Positions 36,507 to 44,281 of a DNA stretch of 57,976 nucleotides are shown piece after piece (within the stretch, counting starts at the first letter, position 1; every line of letters starts with the position of its first letter). The position numbers were made by a program, and so were the translations under genes. Origin of the DNA: an uncultured Candidatus Bathyarchaeia archaeon (GTDB lineage Archaea > Thermoproteota > Bathyarchaeia > TCS64); assembly GCA_964537625.1 (NCBI GenBank), contig CAZIAF010000001.1, positions 1 through 57,976 on the forward strand, read 5' to 3'. The notes beneath the pieces are model-generated. The model was given only the letters and a program-made list of their open reading frames with translations. It was not told the origin of the DNA and did not search any database.

Positions 36507-36834
36507 TCACCTTGAGCGAATGATGATTTCTGACGGTTAAAGTTGGCGTTTGGCGAGTAAGAAATTATACCTTAAGACATCTAGAAGAGAAATTAGAAAA
36601 CAATTATCGTGATTATTATAAACGCTAGCACCTTTGCGCGCGCACAATCGGTAAAACCCTGTCGGTGAGAGCAAAGTCAATGTTCTTTGGTTATGCGTTA
36701 ATGAGTGTGAGGCGGTACATTTTGTTGTATTGGCGACGTGTGTTACGACTAGGTTTTTTGATAAATTTGGCTCTAGAGGTAGCCCCAATTAAACTCTTCG
36801 AAGAATTTTGTTTGTTGGAAAAAGGAAAAAAGGC

Positions 36835-37218
36835 TTAGTAATCGACTGGGATCTTCTGCATTAACTGGAAGAGCCTGAGGAAACTCTTACTATAACGGAT
36901 GATGTTGCTCATATTTCCTTTGAACTGGAGTTGGCGTTGCATAATTGCGTTGCCGCCATCAAGCTCACCCTTGTTGACCTTACTCCAGACATCATAGGTG
37001 CCTTCTAGACTGAAGTCGGTTTTCTCCCCCTCGCTGAGAGCACGGATCTCAGTGATTTTTCCGTCTGCGAATTTTGCATAGATAGGTGTGAGGTATGTGT
37101 TATCCGTTACTTTGAATACGAAACTAGCGGCGAACATTTTCGCCTTTATACTGAACTCGTTATCGGTATTAGCGAGCTCCTGGACCATCTTCCAGTAGTC
37201 GAGGCTAAGATACTTCAT
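36835..37218 (-). CDS. SCP2 (sterol-carrier-protein-2-like) domain protein
   Basis: 127 aa. GELDGGNAIMQRQLQFKGNMSNIIRY is typical of the SCP2 C-terminus. ATG 37218 lies 5 nt after AGGTGA. Confidence 0.65.
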   Translation of the reverse strand: MKYLSLDYWKMVQELANTDNEFSIKAKMFAASFVFKVTDNTYLTPIYAKFADGKITEIRALSEGEKTDFSLEGTYDVWSKVNKGELDGGNAIMQRQLQFKGNMSNIIRYSKSFLRLFQLMQKIPVDY

Positions 37219-37275
37219 ACATTTCACCTTTAAACTGATTCGAGTAATTGTTGTGGTTTCTTTTTAAATAGATTG

Positions 37276-37319
37276 CTCTCGCGCGAGAGGCGTGAAGCCT
37301 TAACGTTCTATCGTTAAGG
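37276..37319. promoter_or_regulatory. Two adjacent palindromes: CTCTCGCGCGAGAG, then CCTTAACG-N6-CGTTAAGG
   Basis: Read directly. They lie in the divergent intergenic region between the SCP2 gene and the HpcH aldolase gene. Confidence 0.3.
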
Positions 37320-37445
37320 AGAATTTGGGGAAAGCCCGAATAAAGAGAAATTATCCTAGTCGCATTGTGGATCTACTTACTCTCTCAGGTTGAATGCCGC
37401 CTTCTTTATATCACCAATACCCTCTCTAGTTGGGTTGGTGAGAGG

Positions 37446-38198
37446 ATGAAGAATCCCCTTAAGGAGAAGTTATTAAGAGGAGAACTCTGCATTGGCGCTT
37501 TCGTCGGCCTTGGCCATCCTGATGTTACTGAGACATTGAGTAGAGCTGGCTTCGATTGGCTTCTTATCGACGGCGAGCACGGTCCCCTTGGTATCGAGAC
37601 AATGCAGACGATGATGATGGCGATGAACGGGAGCGACTGCACCCCGATCGTCCGCCCACAGTGGAACGATCCGGTTATCATCAAACGGATCCTGGATATC
37701 GGCGCTTATGGCGTCCTAGTTCCCTGGGTTAATTCGAAAGAAGAGGCAGAGGCAGCTGTACAGGCATGCAAGTATCCACCGGAGGGTGTTAGAGGTTGGG
37801 GTCCTCGTAGAGCTAGCCGCTTCGACCCTGACTATCGTACCACAGCAAACGACGAAGTCCTAATCAGTGTCCAGATCGAAACCCAAAAGGCTGTAGATAG
37901 CCTCGACGAGATTGCTGCGGTGGAAGGTGTTGATGCCCTCTTCATCGGACCAAATGACCTAAGTAATAATATGGGCTTTGGCATTCCTCCTCTGTGGGAT
38001 AATCCCCGCTTCATGGGGGCGATTGAGGCTGTACTCCATGTTTGTGATGAGTATGGGAAAGCCCCTGGGTTGTATTCTGATATGAGGAACATTAAGTGGG
38101 CGGTAGAGAAGGGCTTCATATACAACACAGTTGGCGAAGCGGACGGTTTCCTATCTTATGGAGCGGCTGAGGCTCTCAAGAAGGCTCGTGGAGAGTAG
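37446..38198 (+). CDS. HpcH/HpaI-family 2-keto-3-deoxy-acid aldolase (GarL/RhmA-like)
   Basis: MKNPLKEKLLRGELCIGAF...GFDWLLIDGEHGP...IVRP. ATG 37446 is preceded by GGTGAGAGG. Confidence 0.88.
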   Translation: MKNPLKEKLLRGELCIGAFVGLGHPDVTETLSRAGFDWLLIDGEHGPLGIETMQTMMMAMNGSDCTPIVRPQWNDPVIIKRILDIGAYGVLVPWVNSKEEAEAAVQACKYPPEGVRGWGPRRASRFDPDYRTTANDEVLISVQIETQKAVDSLDEIAAVEGVDALFIGPNDLSNNMGFGIPPLWDNPRFMGAIEAVLHVCDEYGKAPGLYSDMRNIKWAVEKGFIYNTVGEADGFLSYGAAEALKKARGE

Positions 38199-38262
38199 TT
38201 TTCCCCAACTTTTTAAATCAGAGGGCAGCAGAGTTACGTGAATCATCGCCAGAGTTGATCCT

Positions 38263-39696
38263 ATGGATACGAAGGAGTCACTTAATGCAATCTTCAACCC
38301 CAAGAGCGTTGCGCTGATCGGCGCCACGTCCGACTCGAGCAAATGGGGTTACATGTTCATTAACGCCATTAAAGTAGGCGGGTACCAAGGAAAGGTCTAC
38401 CCCGTCAACCTAAAAGCTGCTGAGATCGGCAATATCCTAGAATACAAAGTATATCCTAGTCTCCTCGAGGTTCCGGATCAGGTCGACTGCGCCGTCATAC
38501 TCGTCCCCGCTAAGGTAGTGCCGAGTGTTTTCGATGAGATGGCTATCAAGGGCGTAAAAGGCGCTATAGTAATCACCAGTGGTTTCAGTGAAACCGGTGA
38601 AGAAGGCACGAAGCTAATCCAGCAGGTCAAAGATAAGTCTGCGGGTAAGTTTCGATTCGTAGGTCCCAACTGTATGGGTGTCAGCAGTAGCATAAGTAAG
38701 TTCAGCGCGCTTATGGTTCCACTCGTCAGCCAGAAAGGCGAAGTTGCCTTCATCAGCCAGAGTGGCGGCTATGGTCTCCAGCTATTCCTCCGCGCTAATG
38801 CTCTCGGCGTCGGTATTAGCAAATTTGTCAGTAGCGGTAACGAGACCGATCTTAAGGGTTGGGAGTATTGTAACCATTTCGCAGAAGACCCAGAAACCAA
38901 AGTCATCTGTATGTACATCGAGGGACTTAAGGAAGGCCGCAGGTGGTTCGAGACTGCTAAGCAGATTACAAAGAAAAAACCAATCGTAGTAATTAAGGTC
39001 GGCGTCACCGAGGCCGGCAGCAAGGCCGCTGCCAGTCATACTGGAAGTATCGCCGGTAGCGACAAGGTCTACGACGCAGCGTTCAAACAAGCAGGAGTTA
39101 TCCGTGCGGGTGACGCTGCAGAGATGTTCGATTTCGTCAAGGGTTTCCTCTACTGTCCACTACCCAAGGGGCGAAATATGGGTATTGTAAGTAACAGTGG
39201 AGGAGTCGCAGTTGAGACCGCTGATAGACTCGTCGAGAATGGTCTCAATATCCCCACGCTGAGCGCTGCAACCCAGGAGGAACTTAAGGGAGTTATCCCA
39301 ACCTTTGGTAACGCCAAGAATCCAGTCGACTTAACCGCTAACCTCGATGTATGGAAACTCGGTCAAGCAGCGGAGATTGTGTTGAAGCAACCCGAGATCG
39401 ATGGTCTAATTACCATCGGTCTCGGCACTGCCATGATTAAGACCATGTTCCCTGACGTCGACCAGGAGACCCTCACTGGTCTAATCCAGATGATTGATAA
39501 CAACCTCATCTCGATCTACAAAAAGTTCGACAAGCCAGTTGTTGTCATTGAGCCATCCGCTGACGTCGAGCCTGAATCTGGCAAGATTTTTGAGAGAGCG
39601 CGGATTCCCGTCTACACTACGCCGGAGCGTGCCGCGGACGTCATGGGCATCCTATACAGGCGGAAACTCTACCTCGAAAAAGTTGTAAGGTCCTAG
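38263..39696 (+). CDS. ADP-forming acyl-CoA synthetase, alpha subunit (CoA-binding plus CoA-ligase domains)
   Basis: PKSVALIGATSD, VYPVN and FVGPNCMGV. 477 aa. No ATP-grasp beta subunit is adjacent. Confidence 0.85.
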   Translation: MDTKESLNAIFNPKSVALIGATSDSSKWGYMFINAIKVGGYQGKVYPVNLKAAEIGNILEYKVYPSLLEVPDQVDCAVILVPAKVVPSVFDEMAIKGVKGAIVITSGFSETGEEGTKLIQQVKDKSAGKFRFVGPNCMGVSSSISKFSALMVPLVSQKGEVAFISQSGGYGLQLFLRANALGVGISKFVSSGNETDLKGWEYCNHFAEDPETKVICMYIEGLKEGRRWFETAKQITKKKPIVVIKVGVTEAGSKAAASHTGSIAGSDKVYDAAFKQAGVIRAGDAAEMFDFVKGFLYCPLPKGRNMGIVSNSGGVAVETADRLVENGLNIPTLSAATQEELKGVIPTFGNAKNPVDLTANLDVWKLGQAAEIVLKQPEIDGLITIGLGTAMIKTMFPDVDQETLTGLIQMIDNNLISIYKKFDKPVVVIEPSADVEPESGKIFERARIPVYTTPERAADVMGILYRRKLYLEKVVRS

Positions 39697-39731
39697 ATTC
39701 TTCCATTAAATCCATTTTTTCCATTTAAAAA

Positions 39732-39899
39732 TTAAAACTCACTATTAGGGTTTTTACTAACTAGAATGATCATGCGCGATACAAGCCTCAAAATAGGGGG
39801 TTTGCGATTCTTTGAGATTACAATTATTATACCTGCGACAACAACAGCAACTGCAACCGGAAAAAATGAATCATAATCCTCCTTCGTCGGAACACTCAT
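39732..39899 (-). CDS. Possible 55-aa single-pass membrane protein (below the ORF-track length cut-off)
   Basis: My own translation: MSVPTKEDYDSFFPVAVAVVVAGIIIVISKNRKPPILRLVSRMIILVSKNPNSEF. There is one clear TM helix followed by KNRK. No homology evidence. Confidence 0.25.
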   Translation of the reverse strand: MSVPTKEDYDSFFPVAVAVVVAGIIIVISKNRKPPILRLVSRMIILVSKNPNSEF

Positions 39900-39925
39900 C
39901 TTGAGCGGAGTCTGAGAGGAATTTG

Positions 39926-40669
39926 ATGTCTCTAGATGCTGCTCAGCGAGCCTTGCTCAGTCGCATCCTCCGTCTCACAAACGGCGAAGCAGTAGCGGTT
40001 AAGGAACTCCAGGGATCCGTTAAGATGACCTCTGAGGTCTTTGATGCCATTATGAATCAACTTGAGGATGGAGGGCTGGTCAAAGTGACCGAAGGTTTGA
40101 TCGAGTTGGATCTAGAGCAGCGGCTGGAAATCGCTAAGCTGGCAGTATCAGCTGGAGTTGACTTCGAGACAGTGAGTAGGAGTCTCGACTGGCTCGAGTT
40201 CGAAGAGCTCTGCGCAAAAGTCTTCGAGGAGAATGGCTTTCGGGTGCTAAGGCGGTTTAGGTTCACCTCTGAGGGAAGACGATGGGAACTAGATCTCCTC
40301 GCTATGAGGACTCCCTACCTAATATGCGGGGAATGTAAGCACTGGGAACAGGGGATGGGGAACCAAACCGCCAAGGGGATCGTTGAGATTCATCTAGAGA
40401 AGGTTGAAGTCTTCTCCCGTCAAATCGACGCGCTGAGGGAGCGGATGAAAGTGAAGTGGGTTAAGGCAACTATAGTGCCAATTGTTTTAACACTTTCCGC
40501 GACTCCCTTGGAGATCTATAGATGCGTCCCCGCAGTCTCTGTACTGTCACTTCCCGGCTTTCTCGATGAGTTTGACGGCCAACTGGACCGTCTCGCCCAC
40601 TTCAAGATCGAGATGTCTCCAATAACACCGAAGTTAAAACAAGCTAAGATAAGGAAAAAGAGGGTTTAA
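39926..40669 (+). CDS. wHTH-fused PD-(D/E)xK nuclease-like protein (Hjc/Mrr-like core)
   Basis: The N-terminal ~100 aa are wHTH-like. The core is FEELCAKVFEENGFRVLRRFRFTSEGRRWELDLLAMRTPYLICGECKHW, with E...D...E-x-K spacing as in Hjc/Mrr_cat. Confidence 0.6.
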   Translation: MSLDAAQRALLSRILRLTNGEAVAVKELQGSVKMTSEVFDAIMNQLEDGGLVKVTEGLIELDLEQRLEIAKLAVSAGVDFETVSRSLDWLEFEELCAKVFEENGFRVLRRFRFTSEGRRWELDLLAMRTPYLICGECKHWEQGMGNQTAKGIVEIHLEKVEVFSRQIDALRERMKVKWVKATIVPIVLTLSATPLEIYRCVPAVSVLSLPGFLDEFDGQLDRLAHFKIEMSPITPKLKQAKIRKKRV

Positions 40670-41205
40670 CGACTCCAAGTGAGCTCGCCATCGATGAAGA
40701 CCTTCTCAACCCTGGTCTTCAGCTCTAGCGGGTCGCCACTGAGAATGCGGATATCAGCATCCTTTCCCTTCTCGATGCTGCCGACTCGGTTGGCGACACC
40801 TATGATCTCAGCAGGATCGATGGTTATTGCCTTGAGACCCTCCTCATAGGACAATCCGTCGCGAACCGCGAGACCTTCACAGATTGGGAGGAATGCGATT
40901 GTAGAGCCGACTGCGTAGGTCTGAATAGCGAAGTGTACTCCCGCGTCGTAAATGGCCTTTGGTGCCTCGAAGCTGAGCTCTCTCATCTCCCATTTACCAC
41001 GGGCGGTCAGACTTGGACCCCATACTGCGGAGACCTTCTTCTCGGCAAGCCACTTAGCGATTCGGTGCCCCTCAGTAGCATGTTCCCAACTCATCTCCAG
41101 TCCAAACTCCTCACAGATCCGGATAGTGGTAGCGACGTCGTCTGCGCGGTGAGCGTGAGCGCGAAGCGGTATTTCCTTCTTCACCACAGAGGGGAGAGCT
41201 GCCAT
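40666..41205 (-). CDS. Amidohydrolase-superfamily protein, C-terminal half only (probable gene remnant)
   Basis: 179 aa covering only the distal part of the TIM barrel and the C-terminal beta-sandwich (GSIEKGKDADIRILSGDPL...VFIDGE). There is no HxH N-terminal half. The in-frame stop lies 25 codons upstream of the ATG, and only about 220 bp remain before the next gene. Confidence 0.55.
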   Translation of the reverse strand: MAALPSVVKKEIPLRAHAHRADDVATTIRICEEFGLEMSWEHATEGHRIAKWLAEKKVSAVWGPSLTARGKWEMRELSFEAPKAIYDAGVHFAIQTYAVGSTIAFLPICEGLAVRDGLSYEEGLKAITIDPAEIIGVANRVGSIEKGKDADIRILSGDPLELKTRVEKVFIDGELTWSR

Positions 41206-41424
41206 ACGTATAGGGTAGCTTAGGAAAAACCCTGAGTATATGCATGGATCAGCATAGTCAGCTATGCTCAGGGTACGGTTTTACAAATTTCTCTGGAAGA
41301 TTTTACAGTTTTTCAGATATGCTGAAATCAGCTTTTTTACACAGTTAACAAGATTCTCGGGGAGGGTGGGTATTTATGGAATCGATTGTAGAGGCTGGAG
41401 AATTACTGTACAACTCAGCATGCG

Positions 41425-43260
41425 TTATTTAAGTTTGACCACCTTGGCGAATTCCTTCGCCTCCTTCTCTAAGCCTAGATTATTAAGCGTCGCCTTAGTG
41501 GGTATGCCGCGATCATCCCAGCCCCTCTTTTTGTAGTAATATCCGAGGAGGGTATCATACTTTTCCTTGTTTAGCTTCTTGCCAGCGAGGGGGCCTTCGG
41601 TGAGTGGCTCCTTGAACCAACGCTCCGGTGGGTAGTCCATCTGGCGGCTCCAGTTGCCATCGAACTCGCGGACCCAGAAGGCTCGTATTAGAGCATAAAC
41701 ACGGTCTCCTAATGCCCACATATCGTCGAGGCTCCACTTTAGACCGGTCGCTGCTTCCATGTATTTGGGGTAGTGGTCGACTTCGAAGCCAAGCTCGATC
41801 CATGGGAATCTGCAGGCAACTAGACATTCGAACATGCCTCCCCTGATTCTCTGGAACTCAATGACTTTGTCAGCTTTCGCTGGTCCATACTCCTCTCGTG
41901 TTCCACTGCTAATCTCCCAGCTTATGACCCAAGCGTCTTTGTGGTGGGCGCCAATTGGGCTGGTACCGAAGCTGAGGCTCATCCCGGGACAGAGATGACA
42001 ATCATAGGCGCTGCACTCAAGTCCCTTGACATGCATTGCGAAGTCGCTGCTACCCTTTCCGATCTTGTCGGCAGCAGCCTTCGTGCCTTTTCCGAAGAGA
42101 GCGCCGTGACCACGCATATAGGCCATATCCTCGATTAGTTTTTGGGCACCTTCAAAGTCACCCCACTTGAGGTCTAGGCCTTTGACTAGCTTCTTTTCTG
42201 ATGTCTCCATGGCGAATCCGATTGCGCTACCTGCGCTAATCGTGTCGAGTCCTAGCATATCGCACATCCTGTTCAGGCGGCCTACCTGCTTAAGGTCGCC
42301 GACGCCTATGTTGCTACCCAGCATTACGACGTTCTCATAGTCGAGCTCCGACTCCTCACCATTAGTGTCCAGGATGATGTTACCGCAGATCATATTGCAA
42401 TTTGGGCAGCCACGTTGCTTAACAGTTGACGCCTCCATTGTATTACCATCGATCTCCTTGCTTTGATCGAAGACACCCTCCGAGAAGTTACGAGTCGGGA
42501 GGGTTGAGGCTGCCTGACACCACTCGACCGTGGCCATTGTACCTTGAGCCTTCCAGTGCTTGTAGTTAGGGCGCTTCAGAATATCCTGAAAATCCTCTTT
42601 TCCCATCTTTATAAGGGCAGACATGTCTGCCACAGGGATCTCTCCGCTGCCCTTGATGATGACTGCCTTAAGGTTCTTACTTCCCATAACAGCGCCCATG
42701 CCAGGGCGCCCACCAGCTCGCCCCTCCTGGCAAACAACTGTTGATATTCTACATAGATTTTCGCCGGATTGGCCTATGATAAGTGCGCCCGTTGAGGCGC
42801 CGTGTTCTTTCTTCAGCCTCTTCTCGGTCTCATAGCTGTCGAGGCCCCAAAGATCGGCTGCACTCTTAATCTCAACATTTTCGTCGTTGATCCAGAGATA
42901 GCTCGGCTTCTTCGCTTTACCGGTGAAGACGATACCATCAAGACCAGCTTTCCGTAGGTTTGGGGCAGCCATGGTTCCCAGGTTTCCATCACCATAACCC
43001 CCTGTTAGGGGGCTCTTGGCTGCGACGACCATCTTGCCACTATTGATGGCTGGTAGCCCGGCATAGGGGCCGCCTGCGAAGATTAGTATGTTATCTGGGC
43101 TAAGTGGGTCTGTACCGGGTTTAAGCTCGTCCCATAGGAGCTTTACAGCGAGGCCTCTGCCTCCGATGAACTTCTTCGCTAGCTCCTCGGGATATTCCAT
43201 ATGGATCGCCTTACCCTTCGTTAGGTCGACGCGTAGGAGGCGTCCCGTCCATCCCTTCAA
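41425..43260 (-). CDS. aor: Tungsten-type aldehyde:ferredoxin oxidoreductase (canonical AOR/FOR-like)
   Basis: 611 aa. MKGWTGRLLRVDLTKGK...GGRGLAVKLLW... and the CxxCxxxC cluster motif RGCPNCNMIC. Confidence 0.93.
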   Translation of the reverse strand: MKGWTGRLLRVDLTKGKAIHMEYPEELAKKFIGGRGLAVKLLWDELKPGTDPLSPDNILIFAGGPYAGLPAINSGKMVVAAKSPLTGGYGDGNLGTMAAPNLRKAGLDGIVFTGKAKKPSYLWINDENVEIKSAADLWGLDSYETEKRLKKEHGASTGALIIGQSGENLCRISTVVCQEGRAGGRPGMGAVMGSKNLKAVIIKGSGEIPVADMSALIKMGKEDFQDILKRPNYKHWKAQGTMATVEWCQAASTLPTRNFSEGVFDQSKEIDGNTMEASTVKQRGCPNCNMICGNIILDTNGEESELDYENVVMLGSNIGVGDLKQVGRLNRMCDMLGLDTISAGSAIGFAMETSEKKLVKGLDLKWGDFEGAQKLIEDMAYMRGHGALFGKGTKAAADKIGKGSSDFAMHVKGLECSAYDCHLCPGMSLSFGTSPIGAHHKDAWVISWEISSGTREEYGPAKADKVIEFQRIRGGMFECLVACRFPWIELGFEVDHYPKYMEAATGLKWSLDDMWALGDRVYALIRAFWVREFDGNWSRQMDYPPERWFKEPLTEGPLAGKKLNKEKYDTLLGYYYKKRGWDDRGIPTKATLNNLGLEKEAKEFAKVVKLK

Positions 43261-43445
43261 GGAATATGCACCTGATATCAGAGATTTCTAAAGACAGATA
43301 AGGATTGCACCTTCGAGATGCTTTAACATGCACATCGAAATATGGTTATAATATCCTTCATACCCTAAAGGGGTTTATTCGATGATAGCTTTGGCTAGAG
43401 TGATCGTGGAGCGTGGTCTTATATCGATTGCAGGGTTAATCGTGT

Positions 43446-43943
43446 GTGAGTGAAATAAGTTTGAGGATCGAGGAGAAGTTAAACGAGTTGGGAGTCGCTC
43501 TTCCGGAACCCACAAAGGGTCCACCAGAATTCAGGCAGGTCTTCCCGTTTGTACGCGTCCACGGTAACCGAGCCTATGTATCGGGGCACGGTCCGACTAA
43601 ACCTAACGGATCCCTAATGGGTCCCTTTGGTAAGGTTGGAGCAGATGTGACTCCGGAGCAGGCTTATCAGTCGGCTCGGTACACAGGCCTCGCCATCCTC
43701 ACTAGTCTGAAACAGGAGCTAGGGGATCTAGACCGAGTTGAGAAGTGGCTCCGGGTTTTCGGAATGGTAAACTCCGCGCCTGGCTTCAATAACCAACCTG
43801 CGGTAATTAACGGATTCAGCGATCTCATCGTTGAAGTCTGGGGGAAGGACGCAGGGAAGCACGCAAGGTCGGCGGTGGGAATGGCTGAACTCCCATTCAG
43901 CATCCCCGTCGAGATCGAGGCTGAGGTTTTGATAAAGGAGTAA
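43446..43943 (+). CDS. RidA/YjgF-family protein
   Basis: 165 aa. RVHGNRAYVSGHGP...ARSAVGMAELPFSIPVEIEAEV is typical of the YjgF/RidA fold. GTG start. Confidence 0.8.
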   Translation: MSEISLRIEEKLNELGVALPEPTKGPPEFRQVFPFVRVHGNRAYVSGHGPTKPNGSLMGPFGKVGADVTPEQAYQSARYTGLAILTSLKQELGDLDRVEKWLRVFGMVNSAPGFNNQPAVINGFSDLIVEVWGKDAGKHARSAVGMAELPFSIPVEIEAEVLIKE

Positions 43944-43959
43944 GAAAATCAATCGCAGT

Positions 43960-44235
43960 TTATCCGCCTGCGGTCGGCTGCATTATTACTACTTCGTCAC
44001 CGTCATTCAGGAGCGTTGATATGCCGTTGATCATCTCGATGCTTTTACCATTCACGAGGATGGATAAGTCCTTGCTGCTGACTCTGAAGTCTCCGAGGTA
44101 GCCTTGGCGTTGTCCAGTCTTCTCACCGACCCTTGCTGCGATTGTTGTGATTGTCGCGCATTCTGGCAGATCCAATTCGTACCTCCTACCTATCACGGCG
44201 GAGATGTCCCCGAAGACGCGGACAGTGACCTTCAT
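43960..44235 (-). CDS. MoaD/ThiS-family ubiquitin-like small protein (C-terminal GG)
   Basis: 91 aa: MKVTVRVFG...LVNGK...DGDEVVIMQPTAGG, ending in Gly-Gly. It lies immediately downstream of an AOR paralogue. Confidence 0.8.
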   Translation of the reverse strand: MKVTVRVFGDISAVIGRRYELDLPECATITTIAARVGEKTGQRQGYLGDFRVSSKDLSILVNGKSIEMINGISTLLNDGDEVVIMQPTAGG

Positions 44236-44281
44236 CAGAAAAAGAGTAGATGTACAGGAAAATAAGTGTTGAGAAAATCGA

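Noticed and set aside
36537-36788. 83-aa TTG-initiated ORF in the spacer between the Lrp and SCP2 genes. The same reasoning applies to 8784-9017, 50964-51158 and 56658-57065.
   Set aside because: These have non-ATG or context-less starts, no SD, no recognisable domain and an odd composition, and they lie in AT-rich intergenic DNA. They are most likely chance ORFs.
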